Shown here: one piece after another, positions 9,801-18,882 of the stretch
Numbering within the stretch: the first letter of the stretch is position 1
Layout: every line of letters starts with the position of its first letter
From: an uncultured virus (IMG/VR IMGVR_UViG_3300030389_002325)
Lineage: Duplodnaviria > Heunggongvirae > Uroviricota > Caudoviricetes > Crassvirales
Direction: 5' to 3' (one strand)
Virus record (IMG/VR): IMGVR_UViG_3300030389_002325
DNA length: 64,000 nt
The notes under the pieces: generated by a model
Databases searched by the model: none
Told to the model about the DNA's origin: nothing
What the model saw: only the letters and a program-made list of their open reading frames with translations
Program-made: the position numbers and the translations under genes

Positions 9801-12800
9801 ATGTTTGCTGGCGGTTATGGAAGATTTGTTAGTACAGAATTTCCAGATAATTGGTATATATCTGGAGAAAGTCAAGATGTTAATATGCAAAACATGTTTG
9901 GCTGGTTTCATGGAGGTGGTTCTTTAAATAACCTTACAGATGTAAATTCTTTTGCTACAAAAACTATTTCAGCTGGCAATTCACCTTATGGTACTCAGTA
10001 CACCGCGTGGAACATGAGTAATACTACTAATCTTGCTGGATTTGCTCAACAAAGTGCTACTGGTAATCAACTAAACTGGAATATAAATACTTGGCAAATA
10101 TCTAATAAACTTACTAGATTTGATAGCATGTTTCATGTAAGAAATCAGTCTGCTTCTTTTACTTATACATTAGATCAAGATTTAGGACATTGGGATATTA
10201 GTAACGTTACAAATGCTACTAACTCTTGGTTTAATAATTATTCATACAATCCAGTACCAGCTGGATTTAGTGTTAATTTTTCTAGAGCTAACTACGACTC
10301 ATTATTAAGTATAGCAGATGGTTGGGGTCAACATGCTTCTAGTGCTCAGTCAGGAGTTGATTTAAATATGGGTAATAGTCAATATAATCCAGGTATTACA
10401 ATTGAAGGTGCAACAAATGGCGCTGGAACAACTACTACTATATACGATAGTAATAAAAACTTTATTACTGAAGGTAATAATGGTAATATAGCTGTAGGAG
10501 ATATATTATATAATAAAGATACTAATCAGTATTCAAAAGTATTGTCGTTTAGTCAATATCAAGTAGTTACTGATCAAGCAATATGGGGAAGCAGTGGTGT
10601 TAATTATAGAGTAGAAAATTCTAACGCTGCTAGAGGTAGAATAGCTTTAATAAGCGCAGGTTGGACTATAACTGATGGAGGTGCTTACATACCGCCTTTT
10701 GCTCCTTTTAAAATTAAAATGGAAGTAGCTTCAGGAACTCAAACAACTATAAGCTTACCTAAAGTGTATGGACCTAGTGGATCTTCAACTTATTCATTTA
10801 CTGTTGACTGGGGAGATGGAGCTACAGAAACAGTCACTGGTAGTTATGGTTCAGCAATATCACATACTTATAATGATGGTAGCAACACTAATGTTGCAAA
10901 TCCAACTATATCAATAGGTGCAACAGGAGATTTAACTCCTTTCGCAGGATTTGCATTTGACAACTCTGGCGACAAAGGATTATTCTTAGATGTAGAACAA
11001 TGGGGTGATACGCAGTTTGCTAGGTATTTAGATATGTTCCACGGTTGTAATAATCCAGCAGCAACAATAACTGCAACTGATTATCCTAATCTTTTAGCCG
11101 GAGCTCATTTAGGAACAATGGATATGTTTAGAGGTTCTACTATTAATTCAAGTAATATTTCAGGTTGGGATGTTAGCAATGTTACTTTTTTCTATGGTAT
11201 GTTTGCAGGTTCTTCTTTTAATCAGCCGTTAAACTCTTGGGATATGAGCAATGCTGCTAATATTCAACAGATGTTTAGTGGTAATACAGTTTTTAATCAA
11301 CCATTGAATAATTGGGACGTTAGAAAAGTTGCTAATGCAGAAAATATGTTTCAAGGAAGTGCATTTAATCAAGACATTTCTAGCTGGCAAATAGGTACTA
11401 TTGGTCCAACAAGTTTAAGACTGAGTTACATGTTCCAAGGTAATGCTAGTGCATTTAATCAAAACTTGGGTGGTATGACTCTAAGTACTAATATGGATAA
11501 AGGGCCATTAATGTTCCATTCAAGTAATATGTCTACAGCAAATTATACAGATACGTTAGTAGGTTGGGCTAATCAAGTAAAGAATAATAATCCAGATGCG
11601 CCTACTAATGTTAATTTTACTAGTCAAAATTCTATGACTTTTGATGCAAGTAGATCCGGTGGAGCTAACTTTGCTAATGCTAATGCTGCTAGAAACTTTT
11701 TAACAGATACAGTTGCTAATGGAGGTGCTGGTTGGTCAATATCAAATGATAGTGTAATAAATATACCTTTTAATTCTTTTAAAATAAAATTAGCTGTAAC
11801 ATCTGGAACTGAAAAAACAATAAGTTTACAAAATACAGGTACAAGTTATACTATTGATTGGGGCGACGGAACAGTTGAAACTAGTCAATCTGGAACAGTA
11901 TCGCATACTTATAATCCAGGCAATACTGGAACAACTAGTGATCCAATTGTTTCTATAGGTGCAGGTGGTGATTCTGCTCCATTTACTCGTATGCAATCAA
12001 GTGGTGGTGGTGCGAACAATCCTGTACTTGAAGTTACGCAATGGGGTGATATAGTTTGGAGCTCTATGGCTAGTATGTTTTCAAATAATAACAACATATT
12101 AATAACTGCAACTGATTCACCAAACTTAAGTAATTGTTCAAGCATGAATAGTATGTTTTCTAATTCTCAAAATACTGCTATTTGCACTAATGGTAGTATG
12201 AACAATTGGGATGTAAGCAACATAAACAATATGGCTGCTATGTTTAATGCAGCTACAGGTATGAATGCTGATATATCAAGTTGGGACGTATCAAATGTTG
12301 TTTCTTTTACTAGTATGTTTTCTTACGCTTATGCTTTTAATTCAAATATTTCTGGATGGGATGTTTCTTCTGGGCAATATTTCCAAAGTATGTTTTTGTA
12401 TGCTACAGCTTTTACAACTAATATAGAAAATTGGAATGTATCTTCTGCTTTAAACATGCGATCAATGTTTGATAATGCTGGAACAAACTCTGATACAACT
12501 CAAAATCTATCAGTTAAAGTTGTTAATTCAGGACAAGCAAGTCAATATTTAGCTTGGTATACTCCTCTTTGCGCAGATTTTCAAAGCACTTTTAAAGGAT
12601 GTAAATTTGGTAAAACAAATACTGATTTTCAAAACTGGAACGTATCTTCTGCCACAAATATGAGGCAAATGTTTGATGGCTACTCTGGTTTTAATGGAAC
12701 AACTGATATGACTCCAAAAAGTGTAACGATGGGAGGAATTACTTGGAATGCTTGGGACACAAGTAATGTAACTAATTTTTATGGATTTGCTCAAAATAGT

Positions 12801-13805
12801 AACCTTACTCAAGACATTTCTGGTTGGGATGTTAGTTCTGCAACTAACTTACAATTAATGGTAGCAGCTACACAAGTAAACTACATATTTGATTGGACTG
12901 CTCTTAACAGTAGTCTCACGACAATGAATTATATTTTTGGAGGAAGTTCAATGTCAACAAATAACTATACCGATAGTATAGTTCATTTTGCTAACTTTGT
13001 TAAAAATCAAAATCCAGATGCTCCTTTAAGTGTTGATATGGGTAATCAATTAGGTAGGACTTTTGACTCGAATAGATCTGGTGGTAGTAATTTTACTAAT
13101 GCTTTTGCAGCTAGAGAATTTTTAACTAATGCAACTGCTAGTGGAGGCGCTGGTTGGACAATAGCAGGTGATACTGTTTTACCGTTAAACGTATCAAGTG
13201 GAAATTCTTTATCATTTAATGGATCTACAGAATATGTTGCTACTACATTTACAGCAGCTGGTAATACAGCTATGACTATTAGTGCTTATGTTTACTTAGA
13301 TGAAGAGTTTGAGACAAGAGGATGTATAATAGGTTCAAACTTTGCAAACTCAGCCGCAGTCGCATTTCAAGTTAACTCTGATAGAAAGCTAGAACTTTTC
13401 ATAAGAAATGGTGGAAATAATCCAGGGTTTTTAGTTGCTAATACTGCCATGAACCTTCAAACATGGTATCATGTTGCTATAACTCTCTCTAACAATGGAA
13501 CTAACAATGATGTTACTTTTTATTTAAATGGTAGTGTAGATAATACAACTGGATCAACTCAAGCATATGGTCAAGGTCAAAATTTATCAGCCACTGGAGA
13601 ACCTTATAGTATAGGAGCAAATGTTTCTTATTTCCAAGCTCCTTATAATTATTACAAAGGTAAAATAGATGAAGTAATGATTTGGAACAACGTAATATCA
13701 ACGAGTAATATAACAACTTTAGCTAACGCTGTAGGATCAGGAAATGTACCAGATCCAAACTCACTAGCAAGTGGCGTTCAACTATGGAACCGTATGGGAG
13801 ATTAA
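6840..13805 (+). CDS. Giant adhesin/tail fibre with BspA/DUF285 repeats, PKD-like DWGD modules and a C-terminal LamG domain
   Basis: Many WDVSNVT..MF repeats, three DWGD modules, WYHVAIT...YLNG...GKIDEV LamG signature. Confidence 0.85.
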   Translation: MRIGIASPIPDLGSIPGPSRPGYPSGGSYDFQFEVTGAVSIKANAATSGSFTISWPNGTTNTYSGNNASIAAPDATAGIVSINNEKLDSTYMDEFAVVSGQSNVSKIVSWGTNGWSNVFEAFKNCVNLTDISKTSFIASGQGPNTNQGTYMESMFEGCTSLLEVDIKNWNLQNGVSWKNNGPFIDLANLQKLDATGLKIKFQDNASYSYKAFTGIGTNVANGCEFKLSGLDLSTSPANYVYGSNVIGGMFSGNKFKDGSNLSNIKWPTGLSNPNGDYALGRSMFTGSTILGTLNCSGWTTWNSRRAPGFNNVNSSLTSQDGSKVNLSNLNLTGTWNFSLMFNNSRLYEVIGLNTWTATAGGVNMYQMFKDAKLMRINPSDNFSSAFTSSLNPTFNSSGNLYWQQRRGFYEMCMNFSSLLLDSEVGAPPSFANVDFTDSTLADQSILYKFGGGAKLTNTLDLTTATFSSSVPIRFNNIFERNATITDTNNHFVLNNANLKIATIYQAFWGTNIRKITIGDNVDMSAIASFDFTFFSSGLPVDSIFLPSNADYSSLATISSSSSVNYFIGGNAAGALSTCQVDTFIRRNRATNSNTNVIADLGSNKITAAPSLARADADYLVNNQNWTITVGSPDTPLPFAYANYVVDPTGITTISPTTTPPAGSVFTATNGLSISASGVITIGSFRGSSTIRCTYPDGCYNEVNMLIQAPFKMNITIPSGSTNFELKPQMSAGECFVDWGDNSSQVLTANTTHSYASSGSDQTYPVKIFDSPSGSKFTGFNSSWNATSGGYIDDIAQWGEIEWQNNSWFANTSKVTITATDTPNLSQVTSLQAMFSSNGNNSVFSGGSAIGNWDVSTITNMSSMFFKITSANFTQNLSNWDVSNVTTLNRFNYTYPEYQVHNQNWVADWGNKTSNVEDFSYFMYGGKNNSIAVNSNMGNYNTSSATNMSYMFFNNGGDIANCKTKIVNAGQADEYIAWDVKKVENFTYMFAGGYGRFVSTEFPDNWYISGESQDVNMQNMFGWFHGGGSLNNLTDVNSFATKTISAGNSPYGTQYTAWNMSNTTNLAGFAQQSATGNQLNWNINTWQISNKLTRFDSMFHVRNQSASFTYTLDQDLGHWDISNVTNATNSWFNNYSYNPVPAGFSVNFSRANYDSLLSIADGWGQHASSAQSGVDLNMGNSQYNPGITIEGATNGAGTTTTIYDSNKNFITEGNNGNIAVGDILYNKDTNQYSKVLSFSQYQVVTDQAIWGSSGVNYRVENSNAARGRIALISAGWTITDGGAYIPPFAPFKIKMEVASGTQTTISLPKVYGPSGSSTYSFTVDWGDGATETVTGSYGSAISHTYNDGSNTNVANPTISIGATGDLTPFAGFAFDNSGDKGLFLDVEQWGDTQFARYLDMFHGCNNPAATITATDYPNLLAGAHLGTMDMFRGSTINSSNISGWDVSNVTFFYGMFAGSSFNQPLNSWDMSNAANIQQMFSGNTVFNQPLNNWDVRKVANAENMFQGSAFNQDISSWQIGTIGPTSLRLSYMFQGNASAFNQNLGGMTLSTNMDKGPLMFHSSNMSTANYTDTLVGWANQVKNNNPDAPTNVNFTSQNSMTFDASRSGGANFANANAARNFLTDTVANGGAGWSISNDSVINIPFNSFKIKLAVTSGTEKTISLQNTGTSYTIDWGDGTVETSQSGTVSHTYNPGNTGTTSDPIVSIGAGGDSAPFTRMQSSGGGANNPVLEVTQWGDIVWSSMASMFSNNNNILITATDSPNLSNCSSMNSMFSNSQNTAICTNGSMNNWDVSNINNMAAMFNAATGMNADISSWDVSNVVSFTSMFSYAYAFNSNISGWDVSSGQYFQSMFLYATAFTTNIENWNVSSALNMRSMFDNAGTNSDTTQNLSVKVVNSGQASQYLAWYTPLCADFQSTFKGCKFGKTNTDFQNWNVSSATNMRQMFDGYSGFNGTTDMTPKSVTMGGITWNAWDTSNVTNFYGFAQNSNLTQDISGWDVSSATNLQLMVAATQVNYIFDWTALNSSLTTMNYIFGGSSMSTNNYTDSIVHFANFVKNQNPDAPLSVDMGNQLGRTFDSNRSGGSNFTNAFAAREFLTNATASGGAGWTIAGDTVLPLNVSSGNSLSFNGSTEYVATTFTAAGNTAMTISAYVYLDEEFETRGCIIGSNFANSAAVAFQVNSDRKLELFIRNGGNNPGFLVANTAMNLQTWYHVAITLSNNGTNNDVTFYLNGSVDNTTGSTQAYGQGQNLSATGEPYSIGANVSYFQAPYNYYKGKIDEVMIWNNVISTSNITTLANAVGSGNVPDPNSLASGVQLWNRMGD

Positions 13806-13819
13806 AAAAAATATAATAA

Positions 13820-16678
13820 ATGGGAGCAGAATATATAAATCCACAATGGCGTCTACCTAATTATAAGACAGGAAATAATCAAGGTTATAGTGTGGACTTT
13901 AATGGAACTAATCAGTATATTACATTAGGAAGTATTTCTTCTATAAATACAGATTTTACTGTATCTGGGTGGATTAATACAACTCAAACAGGCTTGAGTG
14001 GTAGTGCATATAGAGGTTGGTTTTCTACAGGAACTTTTAACAATGTTGGTCAATTTGCTATTTCAGTAAGTAATTCATCTTCGCACGGTGGCGTAGGTTT
14101 TGTTAATGTATGGGAACAGAATCAGCTAAGAATAGCTGGAACTTCAAACGTATCAGATGGAAACTGGCATCATGTTGTTTTAGTAAAAACATCTGCACAG
14201 CTAGAAATATATGTTAATGGTTCTTTACAAAACACCGCAAGTAATACAACTACTTTCACTTTTCCAACTGCTTATATAGGTATAGGAGCGGGTGGTGCGG
14301 GTGCTGGTAATCAAGGAAGATGGGATGGCAAAATTAGCCAGGTGTGTGTTTTTAACTACGCTCTTTCTTCAAGCCAAGTAACAACTCTTTGGGGCGGTGG
14401 AACAGCCGTTTCAAACCCGATGGCTTTACCTAGTCCACCTATAGCTTATTACCCACTTGGTAATTCAGCTCATACGGGATCTAATTACCTAACACCAAAT
14501 AATGCTGTTCAAGATTATGTTTTTTTTAATAATGGTTATCCTAAAAAAATAGAAATGCATTTAGGTAGTACATTTAACAATAATATGTCAGAATTATCTG
14601 TAGCAATGTGGATTAAAAAAACAGACACTACGAGAACTAAAGATTATACTATACTTCAGAAAATTGGTGCGCCACTACCAACATCATTTAATATTTTTTT
14701 TAAAAGAGATCAATATGCATCAAGTGGAACCAACTTAGCATTTCACATAAACACAGGTACTGTTCAAAAAGTAGGTGGTGAAACTGTTACAGGTAATGGA
14801 GTAGCTTTAACCATAGACAATGACGTTTGGTATCACGTAGTAGGAACATATGATGGCACCACGCAAAGTTTATATATTAATGGTAATTTACACGATTATA
14901 AATCCACCTCAGGTAATATTACTGGAGTTAGTGAACAAATGATATTAGGTGGTGGTTATGGCGGTGCTGGTTCTTCAATATATTTTGTTGGAGAATATTC
15001 AAATGTACAACTTTTTGACAAAGGTTTGACAGCTACAGACGTAGCAACTCTTTACAATTACGGCTCACCAATAAAAACTTTAGCTAACATACCTCAAAGC
15101 TCTAATTTAAAAGCTTGGTATAAACTCGATGCAAGTGAAGTTTATGACTCATCAAATACTCAATGGCAAATAGCTAATAACGTTTTATCCGACAAAGCTT
15201 ATAGTTTTAATGGAACTAATAATATAGAAATAGCTCAAAACTCGTCAATACAAACCTCAAATTTTTCAATTGGTTTATGGATTAAAGGTTATCCACAATT
15301 AGATAAAACTATTATTGAAAATGGAGGTGTAAATGGTTTTTCTATAAAAACTAAACATAATGACGGAACAAAAGTTTTAATTAATACAGGAGGCATAAAT
15401 GGATTAGAGTTGACAGGAGCCTTAAATGGCGAATGGAATTTTGTTTACTTTACTATGTCAGGTAGTATTTCAAGAGGTGGTCTTAACGGAGGTTATTCCA
15501 ACGCAGGTGGAGCAGCGCGTAATTACGATTCGTCAAAGGGACTTTTTATAGGTTCTAAAAGTGATTCTACAAGCGGTTTTACTGGTGAAATAGCTCAAGT
15601 AGTTTACTATGATGAAAGAGGTCCAAATAACGCAGGGTCATTGTATGGAAATTTACCAGCTAATCCTCCTCCGACTGGCTATGCTTTCGGTGGATCCGGA
15701 TCTACTAATCCTAACTTAGTTTCTTGGTGGAAATTAGATGCTGCAAGTATAACAGACAGCCAAGGTTCTAATAATGGTACTAATAATGGAGCTACTCTTA
15801 TTGATACTAATGTTGGTAGACCAGCTGGTATTGGAGGTTTAAGCTCAGGAATGACACAAGCAAACCTTGTTCAAAGTGACTTACAAACAGTTGCACCTTA
15901 TAGTAAATATGCTATGAATTTTGATGGAGCAAATGATTACATACAAACTTCATCACACCCTATAGATTTTACAACAGGAAATTTTACTTGTTCTGCTTGG
16001 ATAAATGTTGCTAACGTTTCTAATCATCAAGGTATATTTGGAATAAGAAATTCAACTAGCACTGCATTACAGTTTTATGTAAGAAATAATAATGAATTAT
16101 ATTCTTGGAATGGTTCAACCGATGTAACTTCTACTTCTACAATAACTAATGATGTTTGGAATCACGTTGTTTTAGTACAAAATGGCAGTAACAAAGAGTT
16201 TTATATAAATGGAGTTTTAGATAATACAGTAGCACAAGGAAATGGATCTACAAGTGCAGCCACTTTTAAAATAGGTTATACAGGTTATGGTGCTGAATAT
16301 TTAAACGGTTCTATTTCAAACTGTTCAATCTGGAACACTGCTTTAACACAAACGCAAGTAACAGAACTTTATAACGAAGGCCTTCCTAGTAACTTAAATT
16401 CTCATTCTGCATATTCTAACCTTGTTTCTTGGTGGCAGTTAGGTGAAAATAGTTCTTATGCAAGTGGATGGACTTGTGTAGATGAAAAAGGATCAAGTAA
16501 TGGAACTAGTTACAACATGTTAGAAAATGCTATAGTAAATGGTGTAGGAACAAGTGGTAATGGAACTTCCGCAAATATGGGAACAGCAACAAATATATCA
16601 GGAGATTCTCCAAATGGTGAGGGAAATTCTTTAAGTGTAAATATGACAACAGCCAATTTAACAACTGGTGTAGTTTAA
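13820..16678 (+). CDS. Multi-LamG (concanavalin A-like) tail fibre/adhesin
   Basis: About four repeats of FNG...W.HVV...YING...G.IS LamG motifs. Confidence 0.85.
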   Translation: MGAEYINPQWRLPNYKTGNNQGYSVDFNGTNQYITLGSISSINTDFTVSGWINTTQTGLSGSAYRGWFSTGTFNNVGQFAISVSNSSSHGGVGFVNVWEQNQLRIAGTSNVSDGNWHHVVLVKTSAQLEIYVNGSLQNTASNTTTFTFPTAYIGIGAGGAGAGNQGRWDGKISQVCVFNYALSSSQVTTLWGGGTAVSNPMALPSPPIAYYPLGNSAHTGSNYLTPNNAVQDYVFFNNGYPKKIEMHLGSTFNNNMSELSVAMWIKKTDTTRTKDYTILQKIGAPLPTSFNIFFKRDQYASSGTNLAFHINTGTVQKVGGETVTGNGVALTIDNDVWYHVVGTYDGTTQSLYINGNLHDYKSTSGNITGVSEQMILGGGYGGAGSSIYFVGEYSNVQLFDKGLTATDVATLYNYGSPIKTLANIPQSSNLKAWYKLDASEVYDSSNTQWQIANNVLSDKAYSFNGTNNIEIAQNSSIQTSNFSIGLWIKGYPQLDKTIIENGGVNGFSIKTKHNDGTKVLINTGGINGLELTGALNGEWNFVYFTMSGSISRGGLNGGYSNAGGAARNYDSSKGLFIGSKSDSTSGFTGEIAQVVYYDERGPNNAGSLYGNLPANPPPTGYAFGGSGSTNPNLVSWWKLDAASITDSQGSNNGTNNGATLIDTNVGRPAGIGGLSSGMTQANLVQSDLQTVAPYSKYAMNFDGANDYIQTSSHPIDFTTGNFTCSAWINVANVSNHQGIFGIRNSTSTALQFYVRNNNELYSWNGSTDVTSTSTITNDVWNHVVLVQNGSNKEFYINGVLDNTVAQGNGSTSAATFKIGYTGYGAEYLNGSISNCSIWNTALTQTQVTELYNEGLPSNLNSHSAYSNLVSWWQLGENSSYASGWTCVDEKGSSNGTSYNMLENAIVNGVGTSGNGTSANMGTATNISGDSPNGEGNSLSVNMTTANLTTGVV

Positions 16679-16689
16679 AAATAAAAAAA

Positions 16690-16935
16690 ATGAATACAAT
16701 ATATGCAATTGTAAACTTGTCTGACACTAACGCTATTATATTTAGCCAAGTAGCAGAAAATTCAACCCAAACAATGAGAAGAAATATGGCTAATACTCAA
16801 GGAGTTATATCTTATTTAGTTGAACCAAGTTTTATAACTAACGGAGCTTTAACGCCTGTTAGTACATTAAATCAAACAGAGTTTTTAGCTTTAATGCAAA
16901 CTTCTGAGTGGAAACCAGAAAATCCTAATGAATAA
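16690..16935 (+). CDS. Small fibre-associated protein
   Basis: ORF directly after the LamG gene. Confidence 0.65.
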   Translation: MNTIYAIVNLSDTNAIIFSQVAENSTQTMRRNMANTQGVISYLVEPSFITNGALTPVSTLNQTEFLALMQTSEWKPENPNE

Positions 16936-17150
16936 TGATAAGAATAATAGCAACAGAACAAGATACTTGGTTTATAACTTATAATGAAGATAAGTCTATT
17001 ATACACTATGGAGAAGCTTTAACTGGAAAATCTATAGAAAGTGGACAGCCAGATAACGACCCTTTGTATTACGACAAAGCTGATTGGTTAATTAGACTAG
17101 CTGAACTTGGTGTATCTCCAGAAGAACTTGAACAATATAATGATATATGA
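16935..17150 (+). CDS. Small acidic protein, paralog 1 of 3
   Basis: W.I.Y......YG...D...W...L...G..P pattern shared with the next two ORFs. Confidence 0.75.
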   Translation: MIRIIATEQDTWFITYNEDKSIIHYGEALTGKSIESGQPDNDPLYYDKADWLIRLAELGVSPEELEQYNDI

Positions 17151-17356
17151 TTAATAGCATAGCTTTTCCAAATCCTCCTTTGTATTGGATTACTTGGGAA
17201 GATGATACTGAAAATACTGTTCAAGGATATGGTTTTGTTGAAACTACAGAAAGATTAGATACTATACAGCACTTAACTAGTTACATAGACGAAACTGTAT
17301 GGAAAAGCGTTTTGCTACAACATGGTATTGATCCAGATCCAGAAGAAGAAGAATAA
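17147..17356 (+). CDS. Small acidic protein, paralog 2 of 3
   Basis: YWITW...GYGFV...IDE..W...L..HGI.PDP. Confidence 0.75.
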   Translation: MINSIAFPNPPLYWITWEDDTENTVQGYGFVETTERLDTIQHLTSYIDETVWKSVLLQHGIDPDPEEEE

Positions 17357-17371
17357 ATGTAAAAAAGTATT

Positions 17372-17590
17372 ATGAGTGGTAATATTCCTATAGATAACCC
17401 TGCTATTAGAACTTATTGGATAGCTTATGAAAACTCAATGAAAGAAGTAGTTGAATGTTATGGATTTGTAGATCCTAATCAAAAGCTTTTATCTAAATGG
17501 TTTATTGATGAAACTATAGACGAAGACGAGTGGTTAGCTGAGTTAAAGAAACATGGTATAACACCTGATCCAATACCAGAGTCAACATAA
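17372..17590 (+). CDS. Small acidic protein, paralog 3 of 3
   Basis: YWIAY...CYGFV...IDE..W...L..HGI.PDP. Confidence 0.75.
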   Translation: MSGNIPIDNPAIRTYWIAYENSMKEVVECYGFVDPNQKLLSKWFIDETIDEDEWLAELKKHGITPDPIPEST

Positions 17591-17618
17591 TAAAATAAAT
17601 ATAATTAAATTAAATTAA

Positions 17619-17870
17619 ATGAAAATTAAAGAAGAAGAGTTGAAAACTATTCAAGAGCAACAAACAAAGCTTAATGAATTAGTTCATAACATCGGTTTAT
17701 TAGAAAGCCAAAAACACGGACTATTACATGATATAGCTAGTGTTAACAAAGATATTGAAGAATACAAGTCTGTATTAGAGAAAGAATACGGTGCTATTAA
17801 CATTAATGTTGAAGATGGTACTTATACTGAAATAAAAGAAGAAAATGTCGAAGGTAATAAGAAAGATTAG
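17619..17870 (+). CDS. Coiled-coil hypothetical protein
   Basis: Heptad pattern ending LEKEYG..NIN..DG. Confidence 0.7.
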   Translation: MKIKEEELKTIQEQQTKLNELVHNIGLLESQKHGLLHDIASVNKDIEEYKSVLEKEYGAININVEDGTYTEIKEENVEGNKKD

Positions 17871-18072
17871 TATAGGTTCTGACTATAAAAACGATGCAAT
17901 GCATTATTCAACTGGTCAAGAAGTATACGGTGGACATACTATTAGCGATATTATTTTTGAAGATAAAGACCAATCATATAATATTTATATAACTAAAAAT
18001 GAAGAAGTCTTACCTTGGAAAAAGTTTAACTCTAATATGTCAATATCTGTAGAGTACGATTTAAAGTATTAA
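17845..18072 (+). CDS. Conserved hypothetical phage protein
   Basis: IRKISIG.DYK..AMHY..GQ.V motif; coupled in the operon. Confidence 0.7.
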   Translation: MSKVIRKISIGSDYKNDAMHYSTGQEVYGGHTISDIIFEDKDQSYNIYITKNEEVLPWKKFNSNMSISVEYDLKY

Positions 18073-18665
18073 TGAAAAGCTTATATAGGTTTATTGTTAA
18101 ACCATATAATAGTAGGTATGACAATATACGAAGAGTTGATGATACTAACCTTATTATCAATACTAGCATTGAAAATCATAGATTTATTAGTAAAAAAGCT
18201 GTAGTAGTTTCAACTCCTGCAGCTTATACTACTAAAATAAATATAGGCGATGAATTATATATTCATCATAATATATTTAGAAGATGGTATGATCAAAGAG
18301 GAAAAGAACGTAATAGTTCAACTCATTTTAAAGATGATCTTTATTTTGTATCTCCTGATCAAATATACATGTACAATCTTAAACCGCATTTAGATTATTG
18401 TTTTGTAAAACCAATTAAAAACCAAAACTTATTAGAGAACAGGAAAGAACAACCTAATGTTGGCATAGTAAAATATACTAATAATGCCTTAGAAGCCGTA
18501 GGAATCACACCTGGGACGCTTATTACGTTTACACCCTACTCAGAGTTTGAGTTTATTGTAGAAGGTGAGCGACTTTATTGTATGAAATCAAATGATATAG
18601 CTTTAACGCATGAACACCAAGGAAACGAAAAAGAAAATAATCCAAGCTGGGCAAAGAGCAATTGA
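18072..18665 (+). CDS. Tandem (two-domain) GroES-like co-chaperonin
   Basis: Two copies of the Cpn10 pattern FIVKP/CFVKP ... AVVV/GIVK ... IGDEL/PGTL, ending VEGERLY.MKSNDI. Confidence 0.65.
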   Translation: MKSLYRFIVKPYNSRYDNIRRVDDTNLIINTSIENHRFISKKAVVVSTPAAYTTKINIGDELYIHHNIFRRWYDQRGKERNSSTHFKDDLYFVSPDQIYMYNLKPHLDYCFVKPIKNQNLLENRKEQPNVGIVKYTNNALEAVGITPGTLITFTPYSEFEFIVEGERLYCMKSNDIALTHEHQGNEKENNPSWAKSN

Positions 18666-18882
18666 AGAGCTTATTAAGGTAGCAAAAGAAAAAATTGTTG
18701 ACTCAGACGATGATGTAAGCGCTGACAGACTTAAAAATGCTGCCGCTACTAAAAAGTTAGCTATAATGGATGCTTTTGAAATATTAGCTAGAATACAAGA
18801 CGAAGAAGATATGTTGAACAATAAACCTAAAGAAAAAGTTGAAAAAACTTTTAAAGGTTTTGCAGAAGGTAGAAGTAAATGA
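18610..18882 (+). CDS. Putative terminase small subunit
   Basis: Small helical protein overlapping the start of the large terminase. Confidence 0.55.
   Translation: MNTKETKKKIIQAGQRAIEELIKVAKEKIVDSDDDVSADRLKNAAATKKLAIMDAFEILARIQDEEDMLNNKPKEKVEKTFKGFAEGRSK

Noticed and set aside
6840..16678. Diversity-generating retroelement acting on the fibre genes
   Set aside because: No reverse transcriptase; the internal duplicates differ at all base types rather than only at adenines
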